64,000 nucleotides of DNA from Macrostomum lignano (taxonomy: Eukaryota): contig NIVC01002746.1 of the NCBI GenBank assembly GCA_002269645.1, positions 62,001 to 126,000 on the forward strand. Reading direction: 5' to 3'. The notes beneath the pieces are model-generated. The model did no database searches and had not been told where the DNA came from. It saw only the letters and a program-made list of their open reading frames with translations. Position 1 is the stretch's first letter, and every line of letters begins with the position of its first letter. A program made the position numbers and the translations under genes. This document shows positions 1 to 10,766 of the stretch, in pieces.

Positions 1-869
1 TTGCCGGTCAAGGACTTCTCACTCTGGATAGCTTTTTCCACCTGGGCGGCAATCTGGATTGCTCCGTCCAGGGTGAGCTCTTGCTCTAGCAGGAGGCGTT
101 CGCGCACCTTCGCTGATGAAGTGCCGAAGATCAGCTGGTCCAGGATGAGGTCGTCGTGAAGGCTCTGGAACTCACAGTCTCTGGCGGCATGACGCAAGTT
201 TGCCACGAATGCGTGCACGCCTTCGCCGCTCCGCTGGACGCACTTCCGGAAGTCATGGCGCTTGGCATACACGCTGACGGTGGCTGAAAGTGCTCCTTAA
301 GCAGTTTGCATGCCGCTTTGAGTGTCGCTGGAGCTTCAGCTGGAGACTTGATAAGAGTCCGGTAGACTCGCACTCCTTCCCGCCCGAGGCAGTGCATGAG
401 CAGTGCGATCTTCCTGGCTTCTTGCAAGCCGTCGACTCCTGACGCTAGCAGGTAGGTGTCGAACTCAGCGGCTCAAGTTTCCATGAAACCACAGGTGTTC
501 CTGGGTTGTCGAGAAATGGAGGCGGTTCTCTCAGGTTTAGTCGTAGCGCTGGCGCTGTGGCGTTCATTTCTAACTTCACTGAGTTGAGTTTGCAGAATTG
601 CAAGGCGATAGCGAGAGTTTGACTTGTGTGCCTTGGCTGCCGTGAGTTGAGTTTTGCGCGGGGTAGTTTTTCGCTAAGTCCCTGCTTGCGATGCCAGTGT
701 TGTGGCCGCTGGCCAAGTGAATGAAATCAATTCACGTAAGGCGAAGGAGAGGAGAGGTGGCTCTCAGCTACAGTGAGCTGGCCAATATATATTATCTGAC
801 TGATATGAGCTAGATGTACATCGATGCGCGTACGTTACATAATAGCATTGGGCATGCACATTCAAAACA
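1..869 (-). mobile_element. 5' part of a Ty3/Gypsy LTR retrotransposon (gag 5' end, PBS, 5' LTR 698-869), truncated by the window start
   Basis: Matches 10495-11363. LTR at 698-869 is followed by the TSD CCTGC at 870-874. Confidence 0.93.
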
Positions 870-1108
870 CCTGCGGCGCCAAAATGTGCCTGCGGCGCCA
901 AATTGAGTGCCTGCGGCGCCAAAATGAGTGCCTGTGGCGCTAAAATGCGTGCCTGCAGCGCTAAAATGAGTGCCTGCGGCGCCAGAATGAGTGCCTGCGG
1001 CGCCAAATTGAGTGCCTGCGGCGCTAAAATGAGTGCCTGCGGCGCTAAAATGAGTGCCTGCGGCGCTAAAATGAGTGCCTGCGGCGCTAAAATGAGTGCC
1101 TGAGGCGC
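870..1108. repeat. 21-bp minisatellite (GAGTGCCTGCGGCGC[C/T]AAAAT), right half of the array split by the retrotransposon; copies at 11364-11602 and 21860-22098
   Basis: About 11 tandem units read directly. Confidence 0.95.
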
Positions 1109-1264
1109 TAAAAGTGGCAATGACATAAGGCATGGCCAGCCAGGCCAATCCGCCCCCCCCACCTAATTGAAATTCCTGGCATTTTGACTTAATACTTGAC
1201 AGTTATAGTTACTTCTGCCGTTTACCCAAAGTTGCGTTAATTTTGCTTTAGGGTTTTTTACATG

Positions 1265-1361
1265 TAAGTCGCATTTTTGTTAAAACTAAGTCGCATTTTT
1301 GTTAAAACTAAGTCGCATTTTTGTTAAAACTAAGTCGCATTTTTGTTAAAACTAAGTCGCA
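1265..1361. repeat. 22-bp tandem repeat TAAGTCGCATTTTTGTTAAAAC, 4 copies plus a partial (3 plus a partial in the third unit)
   Basis: Period of 22 read directly (1265, 1287, ...). Confidence 0.93.
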
Positions 1362-2833
1362 CGGCCGACCGAATTTTGGAGGTTGCGCATGTATGGACAA
1401 GAGTGAGACAAGAGTGATATTGTATGCTTGATAATACAATATCAAGCATCCCGACTGCAGAAGAATACACCATTATTTATTATGCTCTCAATAAATCGTT
1501 TTTTCAACCTATGGTTGAAATATAGGTTTCTTAGAAATGAACTGAAGACCGGTATGAACGAATGCGTAAATCACGAGGGCTGAAGGCCCGACGGATTTAT
1601 AAAATAGCTGCCGAAAAAGGCATGCCTTATATAGTCAAAAAGATTTTACGGGACATTATTGAATATTGGCAAATAAAATCCCGGAGAACACAAATAATGC
1701 CCGGAAAATGTTTTTATCTATGTTTTATGCAAATTCGTTGATACCGGTCTTCAGTTCATTTCTAACAAAATCGAGCGTAGCGTTCTACTGCAGTTGTAAA
1801 TGGCTGTTGAAAGCTAGGACGGCAAACTCCCGGTCCGTGGAAGCCTCTCTATCCGGCCCTCGGCTTTTTTGAAACTTCACACTATATAGCAATCTGGCCC
1901 GCTCATTAGGTTGTGCCTCTTCTCAGCTGTCTTTCTCTTCTCTACTCTCCTCTATTCCTGGCTCTCTTCTTCTCTCCCTTTCTCTCCCCCTCTTCTCTGC
2001 CCTTTTCTCTCCTCATATCTCTTCTCTCATCCAATCTCTCGCTTCTCCTCTTTTCTCTCCTTTCCTCTCTCTCGATTCTTTATCTGGCCTGCACCTTAAG
2101 GTAGAAAAGTTTCAGACTGCTGGTTTACACTCTCACCAATTATCAAACTTAGCGATGGCGCCTCTAGGATGGTGATAGATAGCGATAGCGGCCCTATTCC
2201 ATCACTTTATTTATCGACTCTAATGACAGTTGCTACTATCAATTTTTATTTTGTTTTGTTGTTCCTTTTTGTGGGAAACGTTAACAATTGGGTTATTTAT
2301 GAAAAATTCAAGGCAATATTAATTTCAAACACGTATTAATAAATTATTAATCTGAATAACGCATATTAAAAGAACTTTTTCAAACATTGTGATCTTAAGG
2401 AATATAGATAAAGAATCCAGCTCATGGCTGCGGGCCAGATGAGAGAGAGAGGGGGGGGGGAAAGGAGAGGCGAGAGATGGGATGAGAGAAGAGATTTAAG
2501 AGAAAAGATGAGAGAAAAGGGGAGAAGAGAGAGGGGAGAGGATCTGAGGGCCGCAATTCGCCAACACCTGTAGAGGAAACAGTCTACTAAATATGTAGTC
2601 CCATGCACCAGTGTTTACTAAATGCTCAAATTTTATATTGGCGCAGAAATGAAGTCGCACTTGTGTAAAAAGAATCTAGCAGAGCACACAATTGAGGAAC
2701 AAATATACTCAATGTTTTATTTGTTAAAATCCTTCAATGCCTGTTGCCTAACTAATTTGAAGTACTATAAGTGTCGAATTTCATTTCAGTTTCAATTGTT
2801 TTTCGAAACCTCTGTTTGCTATCATTGTCACAA

Positions 2834-4016
2834 TCAGTAGCAGAGCTGCTGGAGCAGCCGAAACTCAGACTCGTTGAGCATCTCACTGCTCAGGGCAAAG
2901 CAACTCATTGTGCCGCTCAGACATCTGTCACTTGTGGGCCCGAATCCGAGTCGCAGGCAGTGAAAGGACGCCGCTGAAGAGTTCCAAGAACTTCTACTAA
3001 ACGAAGACGTCGCAACCAGCGTGCCGTTCTGATACATGCGCTTCTGCTCCAGCCCGTTGAAGGTGACTCCAGCCGACAGGAGATGCACGGAGCCGTCAGT
3101 CGGTAGAAAAAAAGACGAAAATCCGAAAATTCTCTCACCGACACTCCCGCCGCCGCTGGACAGCCAGGCGAAACCGTAGAAATACTCTGCTTTCTTGATC
3201 AGAGAGCTGCCGATGTTGGTTCCTGAGCACTCTTGGAATCGGCTGTAGTACTGATACCTGCTTGTGCAGCGGTAGAGGCGTGGCTAGAAGGTGAGCAGCG
3301 GTTTCAAAGCATCACAGACAGTTTCAACTCACTCGTCTTTAGTCATGGCGTGCCGAACCTGCGCAAAAGTCGAGTAGGTGGAACCGACTCCCAGAAGCTT
3401 CTCAAAACCGGGAGTCTCAGTGCTCAAGTAGGAGCTCGTGTTGCCCTTGAAGTGAGCACCTGCTGCATCAATTGTTACATCGTGAGCCTTGAGACAGGAC
3501 AGTCTCGGGTTGACCTCATTCTTCAGACCGCTCCGAGAGAACTTGTAGAACAGCTTCAGCTTGAGCTGTTTCACCAGGGGCTCAGAAGACTCTGCAGTGA
3601 TAAATGAATAATCTATTTAAACAAAGCAAATGACTTCATTGTAGCGATACAGAATTGTCAAGACAGCAGCCACTGAGCCGCTCACCGCAGTCTCCGCACA
3701 GCCCATCGGTGTACTTGTAAGAGTCGCAGTCGCCGTCATTCCATTGCTCGAGTTGGGAACACGCGTCTCCATGGTAACACAGGCGGGTGGCGATGTCGAA
3801 GTGGAATGCGTTGCAGGTGGGCAGTCGGGAGCAGGCGGCGGCGCACTGCAGCTTGCTGGCCAGGCGGTGCGGCAGCGGAGAGGCGGCCGCGGTGGGGCAG
3901 CGTCGGGTCTTCTCGAATGCCAGCTCAGCAGCAGCAGCAAGTCTGAAAGAGACCAGTGAAAGAAGCAGAGCTAAAAAGTAATTCATCCTAGCTTGGAGTT
4001 TACTCCGTTTCATCAT
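2834..4016 (-). CDS. Secreted PAN/Apple + ConA/LamG-like protein, type A (exons 4016-3686, 3591-3333, 3257-2834; about 337 aa)
   Basis: Hydrophobic leader (YFLALLLSLVSF) and PAN-type Cys pattern (CAAAC...C.AF.F...C). GT-AG introns of 94 and 75 nt keep the frame (1014 nt total). The C-terminal exon has a LamG/pentraxin-like motif (GVTFNG...MYQNGTL). The domain names come from motif recall. Confidence 0.8.
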
Positions 4017-5201
4017 GGCTTGGTTTCGATCGATGCCTGCTGATTCACTCAGTTGCTCTCTATTTTACCTTTATAGGAAAATCTGACTCGTGCAGGCCTA
4101 TTTGATTGCCTCTGCACTCTGGTTACAAAATCAGCAAAGTTGAGTTCCTCTTGTTTCGTACTCAGGTCTCGATCCTTTTTATCAAAAGCATGGATGTCAG
4201 GCCTGACAGCAGCATGCAGAATGTCCAACAATATGAAGCATTTTTTGTTTGAACAGCGACTGTATGCTTGCATGCATTTTTTACGAGCTTAGCTGGAAGT
4301 GAAGCGACCATGGCGTCAAACGCAAATCCGACAATTCTGGAATCGGAACACACAGTTCTGCTTGCAACCGACAAGGCCAAATTTTAAACAAGCGACAGTT
4401 GCATACTCTTATTCCTCTGCAGTCCTGATGCATGATATTGAGTAAAACAGTCCACGCCTGCCGCCGATTTTAACGTCAATCAATTTTTAACAAGTTCCCA
4501 ATCGGGTTTAGGACGTTCTATTACATTCTGAAAAGTTCGAAGTCGGTAGTAAACGCGAGAGTTTATTTTTGTGATGCAAACAATGTAACATATATTCGAA
4601 TAGACGCCCTGCTCCAGCACATAGATGCTCCAGCATATAAAATTTCGATTTCACAATTACAACTCTGAATACTGAGTTTGCGCGTACCTATTCAAAGGGG
4701 TTTTGTAAACATTCCATTTGAGAATTGTGGCCATTGTGTGAGGCGTGAGAACTGTGCGTGTTTTAAACACTGGACAAATATATGTAGGTGCTTGAAAGAC
4801 ACTCAGCAAGGAAAATTTTACACAGCTAACAAATCCTACATTTATAAATGTAGAATGGGATGCCTTTTTCTGAACCGTTCTTAATTTTGGAGCAGTTAAT
4901 TTGATTTGAAAAGTGTCTGCTAATACAGGAAATGAAAAAGATTCGACTGTCGACTCTGCCCTGCCTCCTGCTGCTCAGCTGCCTGGTGGTGACTTCAAGC
5001 GCCAAGGTGCTGCCAAACTTCGCAGCAACAAAGACCCGACGCTGCCCCACCGCGGCCGCCTCTCCGCTGCCGCACCGCCTGGCCAGCAAGCTGCAGTGCG
5101 CCGCCGCCTGCTCCCGACTGCCCACCTGCAACGCATTCCACTTCGACATCGCCACCCGCCTGTGTTACCATGGAGACGCGTGTTCCCAACTCGAGCAATG
5201 G
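3741..5201. repeat. Perfect 171-bp inverted repeat (3741-3911 / 5031-5201) formed by the PAN-coding blocks of the divergent genes; also at +10495
   Basis: Base-by-base reverse-complement comparison from AAGACCCGACGCTG to CTCGAGCAATGG shows no mismatch. Confidence 0.92.
4017..4931. promoter_or_regulatory. Candidate bidirectional promoter between the head-to-head PAN genes, with TATA-like elements at 4070-4075 (minus) and 4843-4848 (plus)
   Basis: TATAAA lies about 55-85 bp upstream of each ATG; both elements are kept in the inverted, diverged copy at 24985-25885. Confidence 0.5.
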
Positions 5202-6111
5202 ACTGACGGCGACTGCGACTCTTACAAGTACACTGATGTGCTGTGCGGAGACTGCGGTGAGCGGCTCAGTGGCTGCTGTCTTGACAGCTCTGCGTCTCTC
5301 CAATGAAATCATTTACTTTGTTTAAATTGATTATAAATTTATCACTGCAGAGTCTTCTGAGCCCCTGTTGAAACAGCTCAAGCTGAAGCTGTTCTACAAG
5401 TTCTCTCGGAGCGGTCTGAAGAATGAGGTCAACCCGAGACTGTCCTGTCTCAAGGCTCACGACGTGACAATTGATGCAGCTGGTGCTCACTTCAAGGGCA
5501 ACACGAGCTCCTACTTGAGCACTGAGACCCCCGGTTTTGAGAAGTTTCTTGGAGTCGGTTCCACCTACTCGACTTTTGCGCAGGTTCGGCACGCCATGTC
5601 CGGCGGGTGAGAAAGAATTCACTCTGCATTTAACATTAAATTGCTTGCAACTTACATGTATCACCTCTCTTGTATCACCTACCTCTGTGCATATAGGTGG
5701 CAGTACTACAGCAGATTCCAAGAGTGCTCTGGAAATTACGCCAGCAATTCAATTTCCCAGTTTCAAGACTATTTCTACGTCTTTAATTGGCTGTCTACCA
5801 ACACCGGCGAGGTTCTGTACGGACTATCACCAAACTTCCTCCCTACCGACGGCTCTGTGCATCTCCTGTCGGCTGGATTCACCTACGACGGACTCGAGTT
5901 TAGGGACGTGTATAGGAACGGCACTTTGGAGGCGATTTATCGGACGGCTTACAACACTTATAGTTCTTCCATCGCCGCCTTTCAATGCCTCCGACTGGGA
6001 TTTCATCTCACAAGCGACCGTTGTCTCAACGGCTCAATGAGTTGCTTCGCCCTGAGCACTAAGATGCTCAATCAGACCGAATACGAGATGCTGCAGCAGC
6101 TCTGCTACTGA
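4932..6111 (+). CDS. Secreted PAN/Apple + ConA/LamG-like protein, type B (exons 4932-5256, 5351-5606, 5697-6111; 331 aa)
   Basis: Signal peptide MKKIRLSTLPCLLLLSCLVVTSSA and a PAN domain. GT-AG introns of 94 and 90 nt give an open 996-nt CDS. Motif GFTYDG...VYRNGTL in exon 3. Confidence 0.8.
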
Positions 6112-6586
6112 TTCAACATAACCATCAGCACGAGTTGCAGTACAACCTGTTCCAAATGAGAAACCTACTTTTTGAAGTCAATTAGAAATTTGGACTTTTG
6201 CTTTTACTGACATGTGCATGTAAAACGATTTCTGACCGCCAAGTCTCGAAAAAAATGAATACGACTGAATGGACCGATTAATTACGACCAATATTATTTA
6301 AAGCACGAAAGCTTCAAGTGAGTAGTGCGAAGCAAGAAAATGAAGACTTTGCTTTTTAATTATTGCACTGCCAAGAGTTAATAGAATCGGGAATTCACTG
6401 CCGCGTCAATTACTGGTGCTTTTAGCATTGCGCAAGCACAGTTCATGGGGAGAGATTAGATTGGTTAGACTATAGTTTCAGCTTCCGTTGGTGATTCCCT
6501 GTGCACTGTACAGAACAGTGAACAGTGATTCCCTTAATCGCCTGGGGGGTGGGGTTGGGCGCGGCGGATATCAAAAACCTGTAGGC

Positions 6587-6747
6587 AATTGAGTGCCTGT
6601 GGCGCTAAAATGCGTGCCTGCGGCGCCAAAATGAGTGCCTGCGGCGCCAAAATGAGTGCCTGCAGCGCAAAAATGAGTGCCTGCGGCGCCAAAATGAGTG
6701 CCTGCGGCGCCAAAATGAATGCCTGCGGCGCTTAAATGAGTGCCTGC
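6587..6747. repeat. Left half of the same 21-bp minisatellite; copy at 17082-17242
   Basis: About 7-8 units ending in CCTGC at the LTR junction. Confidence 0.95.
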
Positions 6748-7034
6748 TTTTGTGGCCGCTGGCCAAATGAATGAAATCAATTCACGTAAGGCGAAGGAGA
6801 GGAGAGGTGGCTCTCAGCTACAGTGAGCTGGCCAATATATATTATCTGACTGATATGAGCTAGATGTACATCGATGCGCGTACGTTACATAATAGCATTG
6901 AGCATGCACATTCACAACATCATCCCCCGTGCAAAGAGGTGACAGATTACGGGTGGGATAAGCAGACGCATTAAAAAGCAAGCAATGTCAATGGAACAGT
7001 TTTCGGTGCATGAGCAGTCAGTTAGTCAAGTCAG

Positions 7035-10000
7035 TCAATCGTGAGTCACAACGTTGCCGAACCATTGAGGCGGTGCACGAAGTCTCTCAGAGCGGCGCAG
7101 CGGTGGCGTTGGCGGTGGCGCCGCCTCTGGTCTCCCGCCGTCCGGCTGTTGCAGAGCCTCTGTGTCGTCGGCCCCGTCACCCCAGCCGTGGTGGTCATCA
7201 AGGATGCAGCGGCTGATGTGCCAGCGGCTGCCATCGGTCAGAGTGATGGTGTTGCCCTCGCGACTGACGACTGTCTGTGGCTCGGAGACGCCGCTGCTGA
7301 GCTTTCCGCGCCTCGGCCGGCGGACGCGGACGCGGCTCCCGACAGTCAACGCTGCGTCCTTCAGCGGCTGGTTCCGCTTGCGCATCCGGCGGCGGCTCTT
7401 GGCCCGCTGCTGTCGCTCCGTGACGCTGCGCCGCAGCTCCTGGTCCGTCGTTGACTCGGTGCTTGCTGGTTGAAGACGATCGAGAGGCAGGCGGAGCTTC
7501 CGTCCCAGCATCAGTTCAGCCGGCGACTTCTTGGTCAGCGCGTGCTCAGATGATCGATACGCGAGCAGCAGCTCCTGAACCGCCTGCTTCACTGGCACAC
7601 TGTCGGCGAGTAGTGCGCGCAGTGACGTCTTGATGAAGCCGTTGAATCTCTCGACTCCGCCATTCTGCTGTGGACAGTAGAACGGAGTGCGACGGTGCTT
7701 GATGCCGAGCGAGCTGAGGAAGTCCGTAAACTCGGTTGACACAAACTGAGGTCCGTTGTCCGTGGTAATTTCGTCTGGAAGCCCCCAGCGGACGAACAGG
7801 CTGCGAAGGGCTTCGATACACGCAGCGGAAGTCACGGATGAAGATGCGATGATCTCAGGCCACTTGGAGTAGAGATCGTGGACGACAATGAAAAATCGAT
7901 GGGACTGAGGCACATTGGCTTCCGGCAGCTCTCCAACTATATCGACTTGCAGCTGTCGCCATGGACCCGCTGGTAGCTCCGTCGTTGACCATGGGACCTT
8001 GATCGGCTTGAACGCTTTCTCGGACAGGACGCAGGCGCTGCAGTTCCGCACGAAGGCTTCCACGTCGCTGTCGATGCGCGGCCACCAGACCGTATCGCGG
8101 CACCGCGCCTTGACCTTGGCGACGCCGAGATGTCCTTGATGCGCCTCTGCCAGCACAAGGTCGCGGAGGTCAGTCGGGATGACGGCTCGGCTGCCTCTCG
8201 CCAGGCAGCAACCATCGTTCCACAGGTAGAGCTCGTGTTGCACCTGGTGGAAGCCCTTCAGGTCGGCTGGAACCTCGACTGGCCATCCGTTGATGAGGAA
8301 CCCGATGACTCGCTGCAGTTGGTTGTCGCTCTTGGTTGCGTCGGCCAGTTGAGTGACTGAGATCGGCTCGGCGCTTCTGGCCAGCACCAGGTTGATGTCG
8401 GACTCGCTCTGGTGCTGCTCATTGGACTCGTTGGCTGCGCTCTTGCCGTCGTAGCCGTAGCGAGACAGAAAGTCGGGCTGGACGTTGAGCTTGCCGGGGA
8501 CGTACTCGATGTCGAAGTCGTAGACGAAGAGTCGCTCGCACCAGCGCTGAAGTCGAAGAGGTCGTTGGCCGACTCCTCGAGGTGACAGCAGGGTCGTCAG
8601 CGCTTGATGGTCGGTGAGAAGCTTGAACTTGCGACCGTACAGCAGCAGGTGCCAATGCTCGCAGCTCCAGAAAGAGGCCAAGGCCTCTTTCTCTGACGCA
8701 GAGTAGCGGCGCTCGGTGTCGGATAGGGCTCGCGAAGCAAAGGCGACTGGCCGCAGCTGTCCGTGCTCGTCGACTTGGCTCAGGGTCGCGCCCAGGGAGA
8801 CGTCGCTGCTGTCGCAGGAGACGACGGTTTCGTGATCTTGGTCGAAGAACTTCAGGCACGGTGCTGATGAGATGAGCCGCTTCACCTCGCTGAAGGCCGC
8901 CTCGCATTTCGCGTCCCAGTTCCATGGCGCGTCCTTGCGCAGGAGCGCTGTCAGCGGCTCGGCGACGTGAGACAGGTTCTTGATGTAGAACTGGAAGAAC
9001 TTTGCAAAGCCGAGGAATGAAGCCAACTCTGCCGTATTTGTGGGTGCCTTGAGTTCCGATACGGACTCGGTGTGCGACTGGAGAGGTTGAATTCCCGCTG
9101 CGCTGACGCGGTGTCCGACGAACTCGATCTCCGACGCCTTGAAGATGCACTTCTTGAGGTTGACGGTTACTCGATGCTGCAGCAACTTGTCCAGTACCTG
9201 AAGTACGCGAATTTCGTGCTCGGCTTCCGTAGCGGCGTGAACGGCGATGTCGTCTTGATAGTGAACGACGCCTCTGATGCCTTGGAGGATCTTGCCGACG
9301 ACCTTCTGGAAAGCCGCCGGAGCCGAGCTGATGCCGAACGGCATCCATCTGAATCGGTAGAGGCCGGATTCGGTGTGGAAGCAGGTCAGATTCTTGGCGT
9401 CATCATGCAGAGGCAGCTGTAGATACGACTGGTTGAGGTCGATCCTTGAGAAAAACTTCGAATTGGTGAATTCGGTCACCAGGTCGGCGAAGGTAGGCAG
9501 TGACATCGAGTCCGGGATGATCGCCTTGTTGACGCTTCGCAGATCAACGCAGAGGCGCAGCTTCCCATCGGCCTTGCGGGCACAGGTGACGTTGGACTGC
9601 CAGTCAGGGATGTCGCCGTCGACTCGCTCGATGATGCCTTCTTCCTCCCAGCGTTGAATCTCGCTGTCGCACTCCTGGCGCAGCGCTAGAGGCAGTCGGC
9701 GCAGACGCTGAGCTACGGGAGGCACAGTTGGGTCAACTCTGGGACGGTGGCAGAACCCTTTGATCTCACCGAGTCCGGTGCCCAAGGCGTGGTACTTAGC
9801 TGGAATCCATTCGGGCATCGACGTGGTCGGAGGCTCCTCGGACTCGACCGCAGCAATCTGATGTCCGGAAGGCCCGAGAACTCTGCAGTTCAGCTTGTCC
9901 ATCAGGTCGATTCCCATCAGGTCATCGCCGTCCATGACGACGGTGAAGGTGAACGACGGGAGCTGGACGCAGTCGAACTCGACCGTGGCGTCGACCTCGC

Positions 10001-10766
10001 CGGCGACGCTGATGCTGGAGCCGTTGTACGACACGAGATGTCTCTCCGACGGTCGCAGGGGGACCTTGGGTCCGAAAATCTTCCTGCAGGTCTGCATGTT
10101 GATGATGGAGACCTTGGCAGCTGTGTCCACCAACAGCGGAGTGCTGAACCCGTTGATCCTGACGCTGGCTCTCTTGTACTCGCCCTTCTTGTCCGTGCTG
10201 ACGGCGAAGATGCTTTGCTGAGCGGAGCTGTCGAAGTCGACACATTGAACCTTCTTCTGAGCCGAGTGCGGTGCCGTGGTGCTGCTCTTGCACACGCTGG
10301 CGAAGTGGTTAAGCTTCCCGCACTTCTTACACGCTTTGCCACGGGCAGCGCAGCGCGGGTCGCTGCCTGTGCGGTGGCCCGGCTTACCGCAGTGCGAGCA
10401 GCAGGACTCTTGCGGTGGTCGCGCTGCCTGGCCTCTGGTGCCAGTCGGAGCTCTCTTGGCGTTGATCTTCCTGATGCCGTCGTCAGCTGCATTCTTGCCG
10501 GTCAAGGACTTCTCACTCTGGATAGCTTTTTCCACCTGGGCGGCAATCTGGATTGCTCCGTCCAGGGTGAGCTCTTGCTCTAGCAGGAGGCGTTCGCGCA
10601 CCTTCGCTGATGAAGTGCCGAAGATCAGCTGGTCCAGGATGAGGTCGTCGTGAAGGCTCTGGAACTCACAGTCTCTGGCGGCATGACGCAAGTTTGCCAC
10701 GAATGCGTGCACGCCTTCGCCGCTCCGCTGGACGCACTTCCGGAAGTCATGGCGCTTGGCATACAC
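7035..10766 (-). CDS. Gag(C-terminal)-Pol polyprotein ORF, 1243 codons, lacking its native start
   Basis: Two Cys/His knuckles (CSHCGKPGH..C; CKKCGKLNHFASVC), aspartic protease-like LLVDTAA, RT motifs (FGISSAP, YQDD), RNase H (CDSS, DHQAL), integrase HHCC (AHQGHLG...CSAC) and core D,D,E motifs (QVDIVG, TTDNGPQF, NGGVERFN). Confidence 0.93.
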   Translation of the reverse strand: MYAKRHDFRKCVQRSGEGVHAFVANLRHAARDCEFQSLHDDLILDQLIFGTSSAKVRERLLLEQELTLDGAIQIAAQVEKAIQSEKSLTGKNAADDGIRKINAKRAPTGTRGQAARPPQESCCSHCGKPGHRTGSDPRCAARGKACKKCGKLNHFASVCKSSTTAPHSAQKKVQCVDFDSSAQQSIFAVSTDKKGEYKRASVRINGFSTPLLVDTAAKVSIINMQTCRKIFGPKVPLRPSERHLVSYNGSSISVAGEVDATVEFDCVQLPSFTFTVVMDGDDLMGIDLMDKLNCRVLGPSGHQIAAVESEEPPTTSMPEWIPAKYHALGTGLGEIKGFCHRPRVDPTVPPVAQRLRRLPLALRQECDSEIQRWEEEGIIERVDGDIPDWQSNVTCARKADGKLRLCVDLRSVNKAIIPDSMSLPTFADLVTEFTNSKFFSRIDLNQSYLQLPLHDDAKNLTCFHTESGLYRFRWMPFGISSAPAAFQKVVGKILQGIRGVVHYQDDIAVHAATEAEHEIRVLQVLDKLLQHRVTVNLKKCIFKASEIEFVGHRVSAAGIQPLQSHTESVSELKAPTNTAELASFLGFAKFFQFYIKNLSHVAEPLTALLRKDAPWNWDAKCEAAFSEVKRLISSAPCLKFFDQDHETVVSCDSSDVSLGATLSQVDEHGQLRPVAFASRALSDTERRYSASEKEALASFWSCEHWHLLLYGRKFKLLTDHQALTTLLSPRGVGQRPLRLQRWCERLFVYDFDIEYVPGKLNVQPDFLSRYGYDGKSAANESNEQHQSESDINLVLARSAEPISVTQLADATKSDNQLQRVIGFLINGWPVEVPADLKGFHQVQHELYLWNDGCCLARGSRAVIPTDLRDLVLAEAHQGHLGVAKVKARCRDTVWWPRIDSDVEAFVRNCSACVLSEKAFKPIKVPWSTTELPAGPWRQLQVDIVGELPEANVPQSHRFFIVVHDLYSKWPEIIASSSVTSAACIEALRSLFVRWGLPDEITTDNGPQFVSTEFTDFLSSLGIKHRRTPFYCPQQNGGVERFNGFIKTSLRALLADSVPVKQAVQELLLAYRSSEHALTKKSPAELMLGRKLRLPLDRLQPASTESTTDQELRRSVTERQQRAKSRRRMRKRNQPLKDAALTVGSRVRVRRPRRGKLSSGVSEPQTVVSREGNTITLTDGSRWHISRCILDDHHGWGDGADDTEALQQPDGGRPEAAPPPTPPLRRSERLRAPPQWFGNVVTHD

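Noticed and set aside
764-1162. ORFs with LAPQALI / AAGTHF / MSACGAK repeats (and copies)
   Set aside because: They are frames of the 21-bp minisatellite plus the LTR.
3233-3607. MESAVV... antisense ORFs (also 5266-5721, 26231-26884)
   Set aside because: They lie opposite PAN exon 2 and are explained by the sense gene.
7010-10653. Many 60-309-aa ORFs overlapping pol on either strand
   Set aside because: These are shadow ORFs of a GC-rich coding region.
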